A stretch of 64,000 bases of DNA from a virus, in IMG/VR virus record IMGVR_UViG_3300045988_069864. One strand, 5' to 3'. The notes beneath the pieces are model-generated. The model was not told where the DNA came from. It saw only the letters and a list, made by a program, of their open reading frames with translations, and did not search any database. Shown here piece by piece: positions 17,085 to 26,900 of this stretch. A program made the position numbers and the translations under genes. Each line of letters opens with the position of its first letter. The stretch's first letter is position 1.

Positions 17085-20000
17085 GTCGAACAATTGATGA
17101 AAAAATTGTATCGATGCAATTCGACAATAAACAGTTTGAAAGCAATGTTAAGACGAGTCTGTCCACTTTGGATAAACTTAAGCAAAGTTTGAAATTGGAC
17201 GGAGCTTCTAAAGGTCTTGAGAATGTTAGCTCTGCAGCTAAAAGTTTCGATATGTCTCCTATGGGTAATGGCATCGAAATGGTCCAGGCTAAATTTTCAG
17301 CTTTGGAGGTTATGGCTGTAACCGCCCTTGCAAATATTACTAATTCCGTGGTCAATGCCGGTAAAAAGTTGGTTTCTGCTATAACAATTGAACCAATCAA
17401 AAGCGGTTTCCAAGAATATGAGACACAGATGAATGCCGTTCAGACCATTTTAGCTAATACGCAAAAAGAAGGTACGAACGTTAAAATTGTAAATGCGGCA
17501 CTCGATGATTTGAATCATTATGCTGATAAGACGATCTATAACTTTACTGAGATGACTCGTAACATCGGCACCTTTACTGCTGCTGGCGTTAAGTTGGATA
17601 CATCAGTATCGGCAATTAAGGGTATTGCTAACCTCGCAGCTGTATCGGGATCTAGTTCTCAGCAGGCGTCTACGGCTATGTATCAGCTATCACAGGCAAT
17701 TGCTTCCGGTACTGTAAAACTTATGGACTGGAACTCGGTTGTTAATGCCGGTATGGGTGGTCAGGTATTTCAGGATGCTCTTATTAGAACATCTGAACAT
17801 CTGAAGACTGGTGCAAATGCTGCGATTAAGGCGAAAGGCTCTTTCCGAGAGTCTTTGCAAGAAGGATGGCTTACAACTGAAGTTCTTACTCAAACTTTGG
17901 ACCAATTTGCAACCGCTGCAGATACTCAAGAAGAGTATGAAGCTGCTGTTAAGAAGTTTGTTGACCAAGGGTATACTCAAGAAGAAGCAAAGCAGATGGC
18001 CAATATGGCTAGAACGGCTGGCGATGCTGCTACTAAAGTTAAAACCTTCTCTCAGCTTATTGATACCTTGAAGGAAGCTCTTGGTTCTGGTTGGACTGAG
18101 AGTTGGCGACTCATAATTGGTGACTTTGAGGAAGCAAAAGAATTATGGACACAAGCTTCTGATTATTTTAGCGAAGCAATCAATAAATCTTCGGATGCTC
18201 GTAATGAATTGATAAAAGCTTGGGCTGATGGTGGCGGACGTGAAATGGGCATCGAGGCCATCAAAAATGCATTCGATGCTCTTCTTAGAATAGTCAAACC
18301 AATCAAAGAGGCTCTTAGCGAGGTATTTCCTCGAGTAACATCTGATCAACTGCTCAAAATCACTAAAAGTATTAAAGACTTCACAGAAAAATTGAAGATA
18401 AGCGATGAGACCGCAGATAAACTTAAGAGAACATTCAAGGGCGTCTTTTCTGTCTTTGATATTTTCAAAAAAGTGCTAGGGACTGTCGGAAAAGCTATTG
18501 CAAGTCTCCTCGGTTCGGATGGTGTATCTAGTCTTGGCAGTTTCCTTCTCGATATTACGGCAAGTATTGGTGACTTCTTGACCTCGCTTAATGAGGGTTT
18601 TAGTACAGATGGCATTTCTGGAATCATTTCGAAAGCTGTTTCCGGGATATCTAATGCTCTAAAGGGAGCAGTCAGCGGTCTTGGCAGTTTTGGGGACATG
18701 CTCTCATCAGTAGGAAGCACTATCACTACTGTTGCCGGTAAAATCTGGGAAGCTCTTAAAGGCTTTTTTGGATGGCTTACCGAAAATATGTCTTTCAAAG
18801 GAATTTTGAGTGCTATTGCCGGAATATTCGGAGTTTTAACTGGTAAAAAGCTGTATAACGCCGCATCCGGTGTTCAAGAGTTCATTCAGAAAATATTTGA
18901 TAAGAGTGGATTCAAGCAGATGGGTATCAAAGAGAAAATCAGTGATTTGCTTAATTCGGTACACGATTCTCTTCAATCGTTCACTAGTGGAATTAAGGTG
19001 TCGTCGCTTCTTGCAATTGCAGCTGCCATCGGAATTCTTGCTGCATCCATGAATACTATAGCTAAACTTAAATTCCCAGACGTATTAAAGTCTTTGACCG
19101 CTATCGGCGTTATGTTCAAAATGCTTAGTGTTACACTTGACTCCGTAACCAAATCGTTGTCTAAAAATGGCTCTAAAGGTTTGATCAAAGCCGGTGTATC
19201 GCTTTTACTTATAGCAGAAGCCATTAGTATTTTGGCTAAAGCTATGACCAAAATGGCTGGATTGTCTCTTAAAGAGATTGGTAAAGGTCTTATAGGCATT
19301 GGTGGAGGTCTGGCTGAACTTTGTGCTGGTCTTAAAGTTCTAGACGGTACAAAAGTTTCGCTTCGCACGAGTGTGGCTATGCTTGCGTTGGCTGAAAGCT
19401 GTAAGATTCTTGCAGATGCACTTGAAAAGTTTGGCAAAATGAAATGGGACGAGATCAAGCATGGTCTTGTTGGCATGGGTGGAGCTCTTGCTGAACTCGT
19501 CATCTCTCTTGGAGTGTTGAATAAATTTGGTGGTGGCGGTTCTCTTCTTGGAAGCGTCAGTATATTAATCGTGGTTCAATCTCTAAAGAAAATGGCTGAC
19601 GGTCTTAAGAGCTTTGGCGACATGAAATGGGATGAGATCAAACGTGGTCTTGCCGGCATGGGCGGAGCTCTTGCTGAATTGAGTGTAGCTGTTGGAGCTC
19701 TTGGCAAATTTTCTGGATTCTCTGGTGTTCTTGGATCGGTATCGATTCTTCTTGTTGTACAGTCTCTACAGAAAATGGCAGATGCATTCAAAGATTTCGG
19801 TAGTATGTCCTGGGATGAGATCAAACGTGGTCTTGCCGGCATGGGCGGAGCATTAACCGAAGTCGGTGTCATTAGTGGCGCGCTTGGATATTTGACTAAT
19901 TTTGCTGGATTACTTGGTAGTGGCTCACTGCTCTTGGCAATTCAGGGCTTAGGCGATTTAGCCGATGCTTTTAAGAAATTTGGAGAAATGTCTTGGGATG

Positions 20001-22435
20001 AGATCAAACAGGGTCTGGCTGGAATGGCCGGAGCTCTTGGTGAGACTGCTCTCGGCGGTTTGTTAAATACCTTCTCTGGTTTCGGTGCTGCAGCTATAGG
20101 TGAAATGGCTCAACCTTTGGGTGATTTAGCTGATGCGGTCAAGAAATGGAGTGGAGTAACTGTTCCTGAAGGTCTGAGTCTTCAGCTTGGGTCTCTTGCT
20201 AGTGGCGTTAATACTTTTATGTTTTCTGGCATGGGTGCTGACGCCATTGCTACTGCAGCTCCTGGCGTCGGTGCTATGGCCGATGCTGTTAAAAAATGGA
20301 GTGGTGTAACAATACCCGAGGGGATAGGGTCTAGTTTAGGATCGCTTGCTAATGGTGTCAACACTTTTACATTCAGTGGTCTAGGTGCAAGTGCTATTGC
20401 TACGGTAGCTCCTGGAATTGGAACTTTAGCTGATTCTGTTAAAAAATGGAGTGGTGTGACAGTTCCTGAGGGCATTGGCACAAAACTTATGGCTCTTGCT
20501 AATGGCATCAATTCTTTCACATTCAGTGGAATGGGCGCTGGTGCAATCGCTACAGCAGCTCCGGCTATTGGAACGATGGCTGATTCCATTAAAAAGTGGT
20601 CGAACGTTACCATACCAGAGAATATTGGTACTCAACTTAGCGATCTAGCTAATGGTGTTAAAGCGTTTAGCTTTGCATTTATGGGCGGATTGAGTATAGC
20701 TACACTCGTCGAGCCTCTTGGTAATTTGGCTGGTTCTGTTAAGAAATGGAACGGAGTGAAGATTCCCGATACCCTTGGCGATCAACTTGATAAACTCGCC
20801 AGTGGTGTAAAAGCGTTTACGTTCGCTTTCATAGGTGCATGGACGATTGACACACTCGTCGAGCCTCTTGGTAATTTGGCTGGGGCCGTTAAGAAGTGGA
20901 ATGGCGTTAGTATTCCAGAGGGTCTCGGCGATCAGTTATCGACACTTGCTACTGGAGTAAAATCGTTCGCCAATGTTGGTGATATATCTGGTGCAACTTC
21001 CGGTATGAAGACCATTGTTTCCTCGGTAAACACCCTTTCGAGTATTAATTTTGGGACCATATCTGATGGCTTTACGAGTTTAATCACATCCATAACCAAT
21101 CTGAGTGCGGCTGGCCCTATCATTAGTTCGGCAGCTCAACAGATATCGTCGTCGATTTCCAGTTTGATGACCGGTCTTGTTGTGAGTATCGCTTCTAGTG
21201 GTCCGATGATTAGTATGGCATTTTCTAGTGTAATAACTAATGCTTTAAATTCTGTAGTTAGTAATCAGCAATCTTTTTATTTTGCTGGCACGAATGCCAT
21301 ACAGAGTTTCGCTAGTGGTATTACTGCTGGTGGTGGTTCGGTTATGGTGTCTGTATCGGCGTTTGTTAGTATGATTGCGACTAGCATTTCTGGTTGTCAG
21401 GGTCTATTTCAAAATGCTGGTATTATGCTTATGACTCAATTTTATGCTGGTATAAATATAGGCATGAACAATGTTCAGGTGACAGTATCGTCTGCTATTA
21501 CTAGAATCGTATCTTATCTTAATAACAATCAGGGTAGATTCCAAGCTTCTGGTATGATGCTGATGACTCAGTTTAATAGCGCTATACTTTCCGGCAGCAG
21601 CATGGTAATTTCGACGATGAACGTTTTTATTACGCGTCTGCTTACCATGATAACTAATCGGGCTGCTTTGTTCAGCAATGCCGGTAGGATGCTTATGGAA
21701 CGAATGAAACAAGGTATCATGATCGGCGGCGCTGGATTCTCGGCCGCTATAGCATCGATTATTGTCAGTGCCGTGAGTACGATCAATAGTTGCTATCAGT
21801 CTTTCTACAGCGCTGGTGCATATCTGGGTGATGGTTTGATCGATGGTATTGAGTCTAAAGAAACAGAAGCTTATGATGCTGGTTATGCTCTGGGTCAAGC
21901 TGCTGTTCAGGGCGAGAAGGATGGTCAGCAATCCAATTCTCCGTCCAAGCTTACCATTAAAGCTGGTAAATGGATTGGGGAAGGTCTCGTTATTGGCATG
22001 AATCAGATGAGTAAATCTGTATACAAAGCCGGCGAAAATATGGGCGGTTCTGCTGTTGATAGTATTTCTGGTGCATTGGCGCGAGTGTCCAATTCTACTA
22101 AATACGCTATGGATGTTCAACCTACCATTAGACCGGTCGTAGATTTGAGTAACGTTAATGCTATGAATTTCGATCTTGGATCTACCGTCAAATTCTCAAT
22201 GGCTAAACCGATTAACTCTTTGTCTCAAATCGTTACCGATGCACAATCTAGTATTGATGCTAGTAATCGAGAAGTTGTGTCGGCTATTGATGGCTTGCGA
22301 AAAGATCTTTCGGAATTGTATTCTTCCGATGGACAAGAGGTAGCTCTCTACGTTGACTCTAAGAAGCTCGCAAGCTCTATTGCTAAACCCATGAATCGTC
22401 AACTCAATATTCTTTCGAAAAGGGGTGATTACTAA
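17081..22435 (+). CDS. Tail tape measure protein (1784 aa)
   Basis: TP901-type core (YNFTEMTRNIGTFTAAGV...SQQASTAMYQLSQAIASG..KLMDWNSV), long helical and Gly/Ala-rich repeats, and position before Dit. Confidence 0.9.
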   Translation: MSRTIDEKIVSMQFDNKQFESNVKTSLSTLDKLKQSLKLDGASKGLENVSSAAKSFDMSPMGNGIEMVQAKFSALEVMAVTALANITNSVVNAGKKLVSAITIEPIKSGFQEYETQMNAVQTILANTQKEGTNVKIVNAALDDLNHYADKTIYNFTEMTRNIGTFTAAGVKLDTSVSAIKGIANLAAVSGSSSQQASTAMYQLSQAIASGTVKLMDWNSVVNAGMGGQVFQDALIRTSEHLKTGANAAIKAKGSFRESLQEGWLTTEVLTQTLDQFATAADTQEEYEAAVKKFVDQGYTQEEAKQMANMARTAGDAATKVKTFSQLIDTLKEALGSGWTESWRLIIGDFEEAKELWTQASDYFSEAINKSSDARNELIKAWADGGGREMGIEAIKNAFDALLRIVKPIKEALSEVFPRVTSDQLLKITKSIKDFTEKLKISDETADKLKRTFKGVFSVFDIFKKVLGTVGKAIASLLGSDGVSSLGSFLLDITASIGDFLTSLNEGFSTDGISGIISKAVSGISNALKGAVSGLGSFGDMLSSVGSTITTVAGKIWEALKGFFGWLTENMSFKGILSAIAGIFGVLTGKKLYNAASGVQEFIQKIFDKSGFKQMGIKEKISDLLNSVHDSLQSFTSGIKVSSLLAIAAAIGILAASMNTIAKLKFPDVLKSLTAIGVMFKMLSVTLDSVTKSLSKNGSKGLIKAGVSLLLIAEAISILAKAMTKMAGLSLKEIGKGLIGIGGGLAELCAGLKVLDGTKVSLRTSVAMLALAESCKILADALEKFGKMKWDEIKHGLVGMGGALAELVISLGVLNKFGGGGSLLGSVSILIVVQSLKKMADGLKSFGDMKWDEIKRGLAGMGGALAELSVAVGALGKFSGFSGVLGSVSILLVVQSLQKMADAFKDFGSMSWDEIKRGLAGMGGALTEVGVISGALGYLTNFAGLLGSGSLLLAIQGLGDLADAFKKFGEMSWDEIKQGLAGMAGALGETALGGLLNTFSGFGAAAIGEMAQPLGDLADAVKKWSGVTVPEGLSLQLGSLASGVNTFMFSGMGADAIATAAPGVGAMADAVKKWSGVTIPEGIGSSLGSLANGVNTFTFSGLGASAIATVAPGIGTLADSVKKWSGVTVPEGIGTKLMALANGINSFTFSGMGAGAIATAAPAIGTMADSIKKWSNVTIPENIGTQLSDLANGVKAFSFAFMGGLSIATLVEPLGNLAGSVKKWNGVKIPDTLGDQLDKLASGVKAFTFAFIGAWTIDTLVEPLGNLAGAVKKWNGVSIPEGLGDQLSTLATGVKSFANVGDISGATSGMKTIVSSVNTLSSINFGTISDGFTSLITSITNLSAAGPIISSAAQQISSSISSLMTGLVVSIASSGPMISMAFSSVITNALNSVVSNQQSFYFAGTNAIQSFASGITAGGGSVMVSVSAFVSMIATSISGCQGLFQNAGIMLMTQFYAGINIGMNNVQVTVSSAITRIVSYLNNNQGRFQASGMMLMTQFNSAILSGSSMVISTMNVFITRLLTMITNRAALFSNAGRMLMERMKQGIMIGGAGFSAAIASIIVSAVSTINSCYQSFYSAGAYLGDGLIDGIESKETEAYDAGYALGQAAVQGEKDGQQSNSPSKLTIKAGKWIGEGLVIGMNQMSKSVYKAGENMGGSAVDSISGALARVSNSTKYAMDVQPTIRPVVDLSNVNAMNFDLGSTVKFSMAKPINSLSQIVTDAQSSIDASNREVVSAIDGLRKDLSELYSSDGQEVALYVDSKKLASSIAKPMNRQLNILSKRGDY
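19244..20137 (+). repeat. Tandem 183-nt (61-aa) coding repeats, about 5 units, inside the tape measure gene
   Basis: The unit core FG.M.WDEIK.GLAGMGGAL recurs at 19427, 19610, 19793 and 19976, with a degenerate copy near 19244. Confidence 0.8.
20138..21037 (+). repeat. Six tandem 150-nt (50-aa) coding repeats inside the tape measure gene
   Basis: VKKW(S/N)GV.(V/I)PE... begins at 20138, 20288, 20438, 20588, 20738 and 20888, an exact 150-nt period. Confidence 0.9.
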
Positions 22436-23328
22436 TGGGTTATCCGGATTTCCCTAAAAATAGATTGATTGTCGATGGTGCTGATCTATCTGAGACATTT
22501 GGTATGATTTTGGTCGATGGATATACATTAGAGCCTCCTGAACCGAAGCTATACAAAGTTGATGTTCCTGGCGGTGATGGATGTTTGGATTTAACGGAGG
22601 CTATCACAGGAGACGTTTTGTTTTCAAATCGAAAACAAGAATTCGAATTTTATGTGATCGCACCTGAAAACTTTGAAAAAGTAAAGACGAGAGTTACAAA
22701 CTTTCTTCATGGAAAAGCATATGACTATAAAATGACCATGGACCCGGATTATACCTACCATGGTCGTTTTACTGTTTCTAGCTATACACATGAGGCATAC
22801 TCCATAGGAAAAGTTGGAATCATCAAAATAGCAGTCGATAGCGATCCGTACAAATTTAAAAAGCCAATCACCTTATTTGTCGATAATTCATACGGTCAAT
22901 ATCTTACCCTTGAAAGTGGTAGGAAAATAGTCCAACCTACATTCGAGTTTTCTTGTCCGTCCGTAATCATATTTGATAAGTATCGATATGAAGTCGTCGA
23001 AGGTTCTTATAAATTTGAAAATATTTGGTTTACTAGCGGCTATAACAATGTTTACATCGGTCGTGTAGGATTTCAAAGCGCAATGATGTATAGTGATATG
23101 GCATCTTATACATACAGCACGCTAAAAAGTAAATACCGAATTTTTGAATGGTATAAAGGGACTGACGAAGGAAGTGCTAAAAAGACGGCGACATTTGGCG
23201 ACTATGCTAAAGCGGGATCAAATCCTAAGACGTATAGCCAGATGAAGAAAATGATTTCTCGTTTGTATTTGATTGACGACAGCGCTTCGTATCCAACCTA
23301 TATACAATATGATTGGAGGGATTTGTGA
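22435..23328 (+). CDS. Distal tail protein (Dit)
   Basis: 297 aa, directly after the tape measure gene. The N-terminus resembles the siphovirus tail-component family. Confidence 0.6.
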   Translation: MGYPDFPKNRLIVDGADLSETFGMILVDGYTLEPPEPKLYKVDVPGGDGCLDLTEAITGDVLFSNRKQEFEFYVIAPENFEKVKTRVTNFLHGKAYDYKMTMDPDYTYHGRFTVSSYTHEAYSIGKVGIIKIAVDSDPYKFKKPITLFVDNSYGQYLTLESGRKIVQPTFEFSCPSVIIFDKYRYEVVEGSYKFENIWFTSGYNNVYIGRVGFQSAMMYSDMASYTYSTLKSKYRIFEWYKGTDEGSAKKTATFGDYAKAGSNPKTYSQMKKMISRLYLIDDSASYPTYIQYDWRDL

Positions 23329-23861
23329 TGGGTACAACCACGTCAAAACTTAAACTCACTAAACCGTACGAAAGTGATTATTTTGATATCGGTGTTTTTA
23401 ATGATAACGCTGATAAGATTGATGCTCTTACGCATATCGTTGCTTCTGGTAGCACCACTTCCACTAAGTATGCTATTAATTCCACCAGTACCTCGGATGG
23501 AACGTTTACCTGGTATTACAAGAAGTATGACGATAAAACATTTGAAGCCATGGGTAATTTTACAACGACTAATCTCCGTTGTAATGAATCTTGGGGGGAA
23601 GACGGAACATATATTAGTGGCTATATTCGTATCAAACTTCCTAGTTTGGGAATCAAGTCTATCTATATGAAATCCCTCAACATCGCAGCAAACGGAGCTA
23701 GTGAAACGGGTTATTGTCGCTTCAATTGGACTGTCGACACCACGGAGATTGGTAGCGTTCTTCAGCATGTTGACGTCCGCCTTGCTGGTTTCTCCAATGA
23801 ACCTGTCTCGGAGGCAATCAACAAGACTATTTACATTAGTATTCATGGGACCTGGGGTTAA
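23328..23861 (+). CDS. Tail fibre-like / baseplate protein
   Basis: ATG 23328 lies 7 nt after GGAGGG. The N-terminus TSKLKLTKP...D..DIGVFN.NADKID is a motif common at the N-termini of phage fibres. Confidence 0.45.
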   Translation: MGTTTSKLKLTKPYESDYFDIGVFNDNADKIDALTHIVASGSTTSTKYAINSTSTSDGTFTWYYKKYDDKTFEAMGNFTTTNLRCNESWGEDGTYISGYIRIKLPSLGIKSIYMKSLNIAANGASETGYCRFNWTVDTTEIGSVLQHVDVRLAGFSNEPVSEAINKTIYISIHGTWG

Positions 23862-23864
23862 TCT

Positions 23865-26186
23865 ATGTACCTCGTAAAATATGGAACTGAGTGTCTGCAT
23901 GATGTTCGCACTGATAACTGTCAACTATTAAGCTTGACTCTGGACGGCGAATCAAATGCGTGTGATCACTGCGAATTTGAAATAGCTACCAATCATCCTA
24001 TGTATGACAAACTAAAGGAACGAGATCTTAGTTCTCCTGTATGCGTATATGATGGCGAGGAGATGATATTCTCTGGCTTTATCTATGAGATTGGCGAGGA
24101 ATTTAATCGAACCAAAACCATCAAATGTAAGGGCGAATTAGCATATCTTGGAGACACTGTCGTCAGACCATATTCTACACTTAAAGGCGAGTACGGAGAA
24201 ATCGTTCCGAATTATCTATCCGGATATTTCGAATGGCTTATCGATCAGCATAATCTTCAAGTCGATGTCTCTAAGCAGTTTGTTGTTGGTTATAACGAAG
24301 GCTCCATGCTGTATTCTGGACTGGTTTACAAATCGTCCGTTGAATATCCAACGACTTCTACTGAAATTAAAGAACAAATTTTGGACTCGTTTGGAGGTTA
24401 CCTTCGGATCAGAAGAGAAAATGGAATTCGGTACATCGATTTGCTTAGCGAGTATACAGATGTCAATGAGCAATTGATTGACTTTGGTGTTAACATTCTA
24501 GATTATGCCAAGACCGACGATTCCCTTGATGTTTATACGGCTATTGTTCCTCTTGGTGCGAATATGTCCGAAACAGATTACTATTATTCTGATGGATATT
24601 TTCTAACCAAAGATAAAACCCCCAGCTCGATCAAGACTTATTATTCTCAAAGTACTTATGAGCGATGCAGCGATATTGAGACTTTTGAGTCTGGTGTAAA
24701 ATATTTCGAGTTACTTACTAGAGATACTTATACACGGACTGCTGACACGACTCCGAGTACGTTTAAAACGTATTATACAAAAGGGAGTATGTCTGAACAG
24801 TCGAAATTGTTGTATTTTACATATGGCATTGAGTATTACGAAAAGAACGGGGACTCTTACTATAGAACCCCAGATTTAACGCCCAATTATCGCAAATCGT
24901 ATTATACGCAATCTTGGTCGAGTAATACTGGAGTAGCAGAATGGGAAGCAAATACCGTATATTACGAGCTATCGAGCTACCAGTGGTATAGTGAAACAAA
25001 AGACAGTAAACCTATTTACGGTAAAACGTATTATACTATGGCTGTGTACAGTACTTCTAAAACTGAAGAAGAAGGTCTTACTGCGTTTGCCAATGATAAA
25101 ACGTATTATGAGTTCGACGAATCACTAAATCAATCGGACAAACCGCTTACCCTATCGATGATTGCCGACTGGAAAGTAACGGATGATCTTTATCATACCG
25201 GCGACTATATATTTTCTAAGGAGAATGTTGCTGCTCATGGTTTGAGGGTTTTCTCCTCTAAAAATACCGACATTATTACCGTTGGTGATCTTCTTATGTG
25301 GGGAACAAAAGAGCTAAATTCGGTTCTTTCTCCGATTACAACAATCGAAATCAAGGCAATCGATTTGTCGTTGGTGGATAAAAATTATAAGGGGATTCGA
25401 GTTGGGCAATATGTTCGAGTTCGTAGTAAACCACATGGGTTTGACTCGTACATGCTTTGTGACAGTATCGATCTGGATTTAGTAAATCCGGAGAATACGA
25501 CATATACATTTGGTATGTCTTATGATACATTCACTGGCCAGCAAAGTAAGAAAATTAGTGCTCTGAATAGTACGATTAACAAAGAGTATCAAAATGCGGC
25601 CACTATAAGTCAGGAAGCTAAGAAAACAGCTCAAGATGCGCTAAACATATCCAAAGATGCTAATAACAACGCTAGTTCTGCTAAAGATACTGCCAGTTCT
25701 GCCGTAGTATCTGTAACTGAGCAATATGCTGTATCTGCTTCAAGGACTGAAGTTCCAACCGAAGGATGGTCTACAGAGACGCCGTCGGATACTGATAAAT
25801 ACGTTTGGCATCGAATAGTCACAACCTATGGAGACGGTTCGACTGTTGTTGGTGAACCAGCATTGCTTACTGGACCGAATGGTGAAAATGCGGTGCTTCT
25901 TCGAATCGATAGTAGTCGCGGAACTGTATTCAAGAACGACTCTATTTCAACGGTGTTAAGTGCTGTTATTTATAATGGTTCCAACCGAATTACTGGAATT
26001 GACGATCTACATTCCATTTTTGGTTCTGGGGCTTATTTGCAATGGTATTGGCAAAAAGTTGACGATGAAACATTTGGTGTCATTTCTTCTGGTGATAGCA
26101 TGATTAGTAATAACGGTTTTACTCTTACAATCGCCGCGAATCAAGTGGACACCAAAGTTACTTTTATGTGCGAACTTATAACTTAA
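23865..26186 (+). CDS. Tail-associated lysin-type baseplate hub protein (Tal) with repeat region and C-terminal Ig-like module
   Basis: 773 aa. The N-terminal ~350 aa resemble prophage tail endopeptidase/Tal proteins. Internal (T/S)P...KTYY repeats lie at nt ~24600-25125. Confidence 0.65.
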   Translation: MYLVKYGTECLHDVRTDNCQLLSLTLDGESNACDHCEFEIATNHPMYDKLKERDLSSPVCVYDGEEMIFSGFIYEIGEEFNRTKTIKCKGELAYLGDTVVRPYSTLKGEYGEIVPNYLSGYFEWLIDQHNLQVDVSKQFVVGYNEGSMLYSGLVYKSSVEYPTTSTEIKEQILDSFGGYLRIRRENGIRYIDLLSEYTDVNEQLIDFGVNILDYAKTDDSLDVYTAIVPLGANMSETDYYYSDGYFLTKDKTPSSIKTYYSQSTYERCSDIETFESGVKYFELLTRDTYTRTADTTPSTFKTYYTKGSMSEQSKLLYFTYGIEYYEKNGDSYYRTPDLTPNYRKSYYTQSWSSNTGVAEWEANTVYYELSSYQWYSETKDSKPIYGKTYYTMAVYSTSKTEEEGLTAFANDKTYYEFDESLNQSDKPLTLSMIADWKVTDDLYHTGDYIFSKENVAAHGLRVFSSKNTDIITVGDLLMWGTKELNSVLSPITTIEIKAIDLSLVDKNYKGIRVGQYVRVRSKPHGFDSYMLCDSIDLDLVNPENTTYTFGMSYDTFTGQQSKKISALNSTINKEYQNAATISQEAKKTAQDALNISKDANNNASSAKDTASSAVVSVTEQYAVSASRTEVPTEGWSTETPSDTDKYVWHRIVTTYGDGSTVVGEPALLTGPNGENAVLLRIDSSRGTVFKNDSISTVLSAVIYNGSNRITGIDDLHSIFGSGAYLQWYWQKVDDETFGVISSGDSMISNNGFTLTIAANQVDTKVTFMCELIT

Positions 26187-26207
26187 TAGTAAAGGAGAAA
26201 ATTCAAA

Positions 26208-26897
26208 ATGGCAGTTAAAGCTTCTGATCAAATTTCAATTGTTGACGTAACCGATGCTTATTCAATTACTCTTACTTCCGAGGCTTACACTTTTGTCGGT
26301 AGTGCATCTGGTGTAGCCTCTGGTAATTCTTGTAGTACTCAGGTGGTTGCCTATTGTGGTACCAACCAATGTTCTAGTGTGACCGTGGATGCTAGTAAAA
26401 TTACCTGTCCTACAGGTATTTCCGCTTCGGTATCCAATAGCGGAAGTTCAGTTGTAACTATTTCTTTTACTACTACTGCCACTATTTCCAAAGCTTGTGA
26501 GGCGACCATTCCTGTATCTGTAGATGGTATCGCGATTAACAAGAAGTTCTCTTTTGCCGTCGCCATTGCAGGTCAAAAAGGTGAGAAAGGTAAAGATGGT
26601 ACCAACGGTAAAGATGGCACTAATGGTAAAAACGGAGCGGATGCTATTACTATGAGTATTAGTTCTAGTAACGGTACTGTCTTTAAAAACAGCTCCGGTT
26701 CTACTGTACTGACAGCTCATGTGTACAAAGGCGGTGCTGAACAAACTATTACGGATGCCGGTGTTTGCGGTTCTCTTGGTTCCGTTAAATGGTATAAAGG
26801 TACTTCGACCACTGCTTTCAAGACGTCTAAAACCATTACTGTTTCTGCTTCTGAAGTCGATAATGCTTTGGCATATACTTGTCAGCTGGAGGGATGA
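26208..26897 (+). CDS. Collagen-like repeat fibre protein with Ig-like C-terminal module
   Basis: Eight G-X-Y triplets (GQKGEKGKDGTNGKDGTNGKNGAD, nt 26571-26642). The C-terminus is homologous to the Tal C-terminus (SS.GTVFKN.S.STVL.A.(V/I)Y). Confidence 0.7.
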   Translation: MAVKASDQISIVDVTDAYSITLTSEAYTFVGSASGVASGNSCSTQVVAYCGTNQCSSVTVDASKITCPTGISASVSNSGSSVVTISFTTTATISKACEATIPVSVDGIAINKKFSFAVAIAGQKGEKGKDGTNGKDGTNGKNGADAITMSISSSNGTVFKNSSGSTVLTAHVYKGGAEQTITDAGVCGSLGSVKWYKGTSTTAFKTSKTITVSASEVDNALAYTCQLEG

Positions 26898-26900
26898 TGT

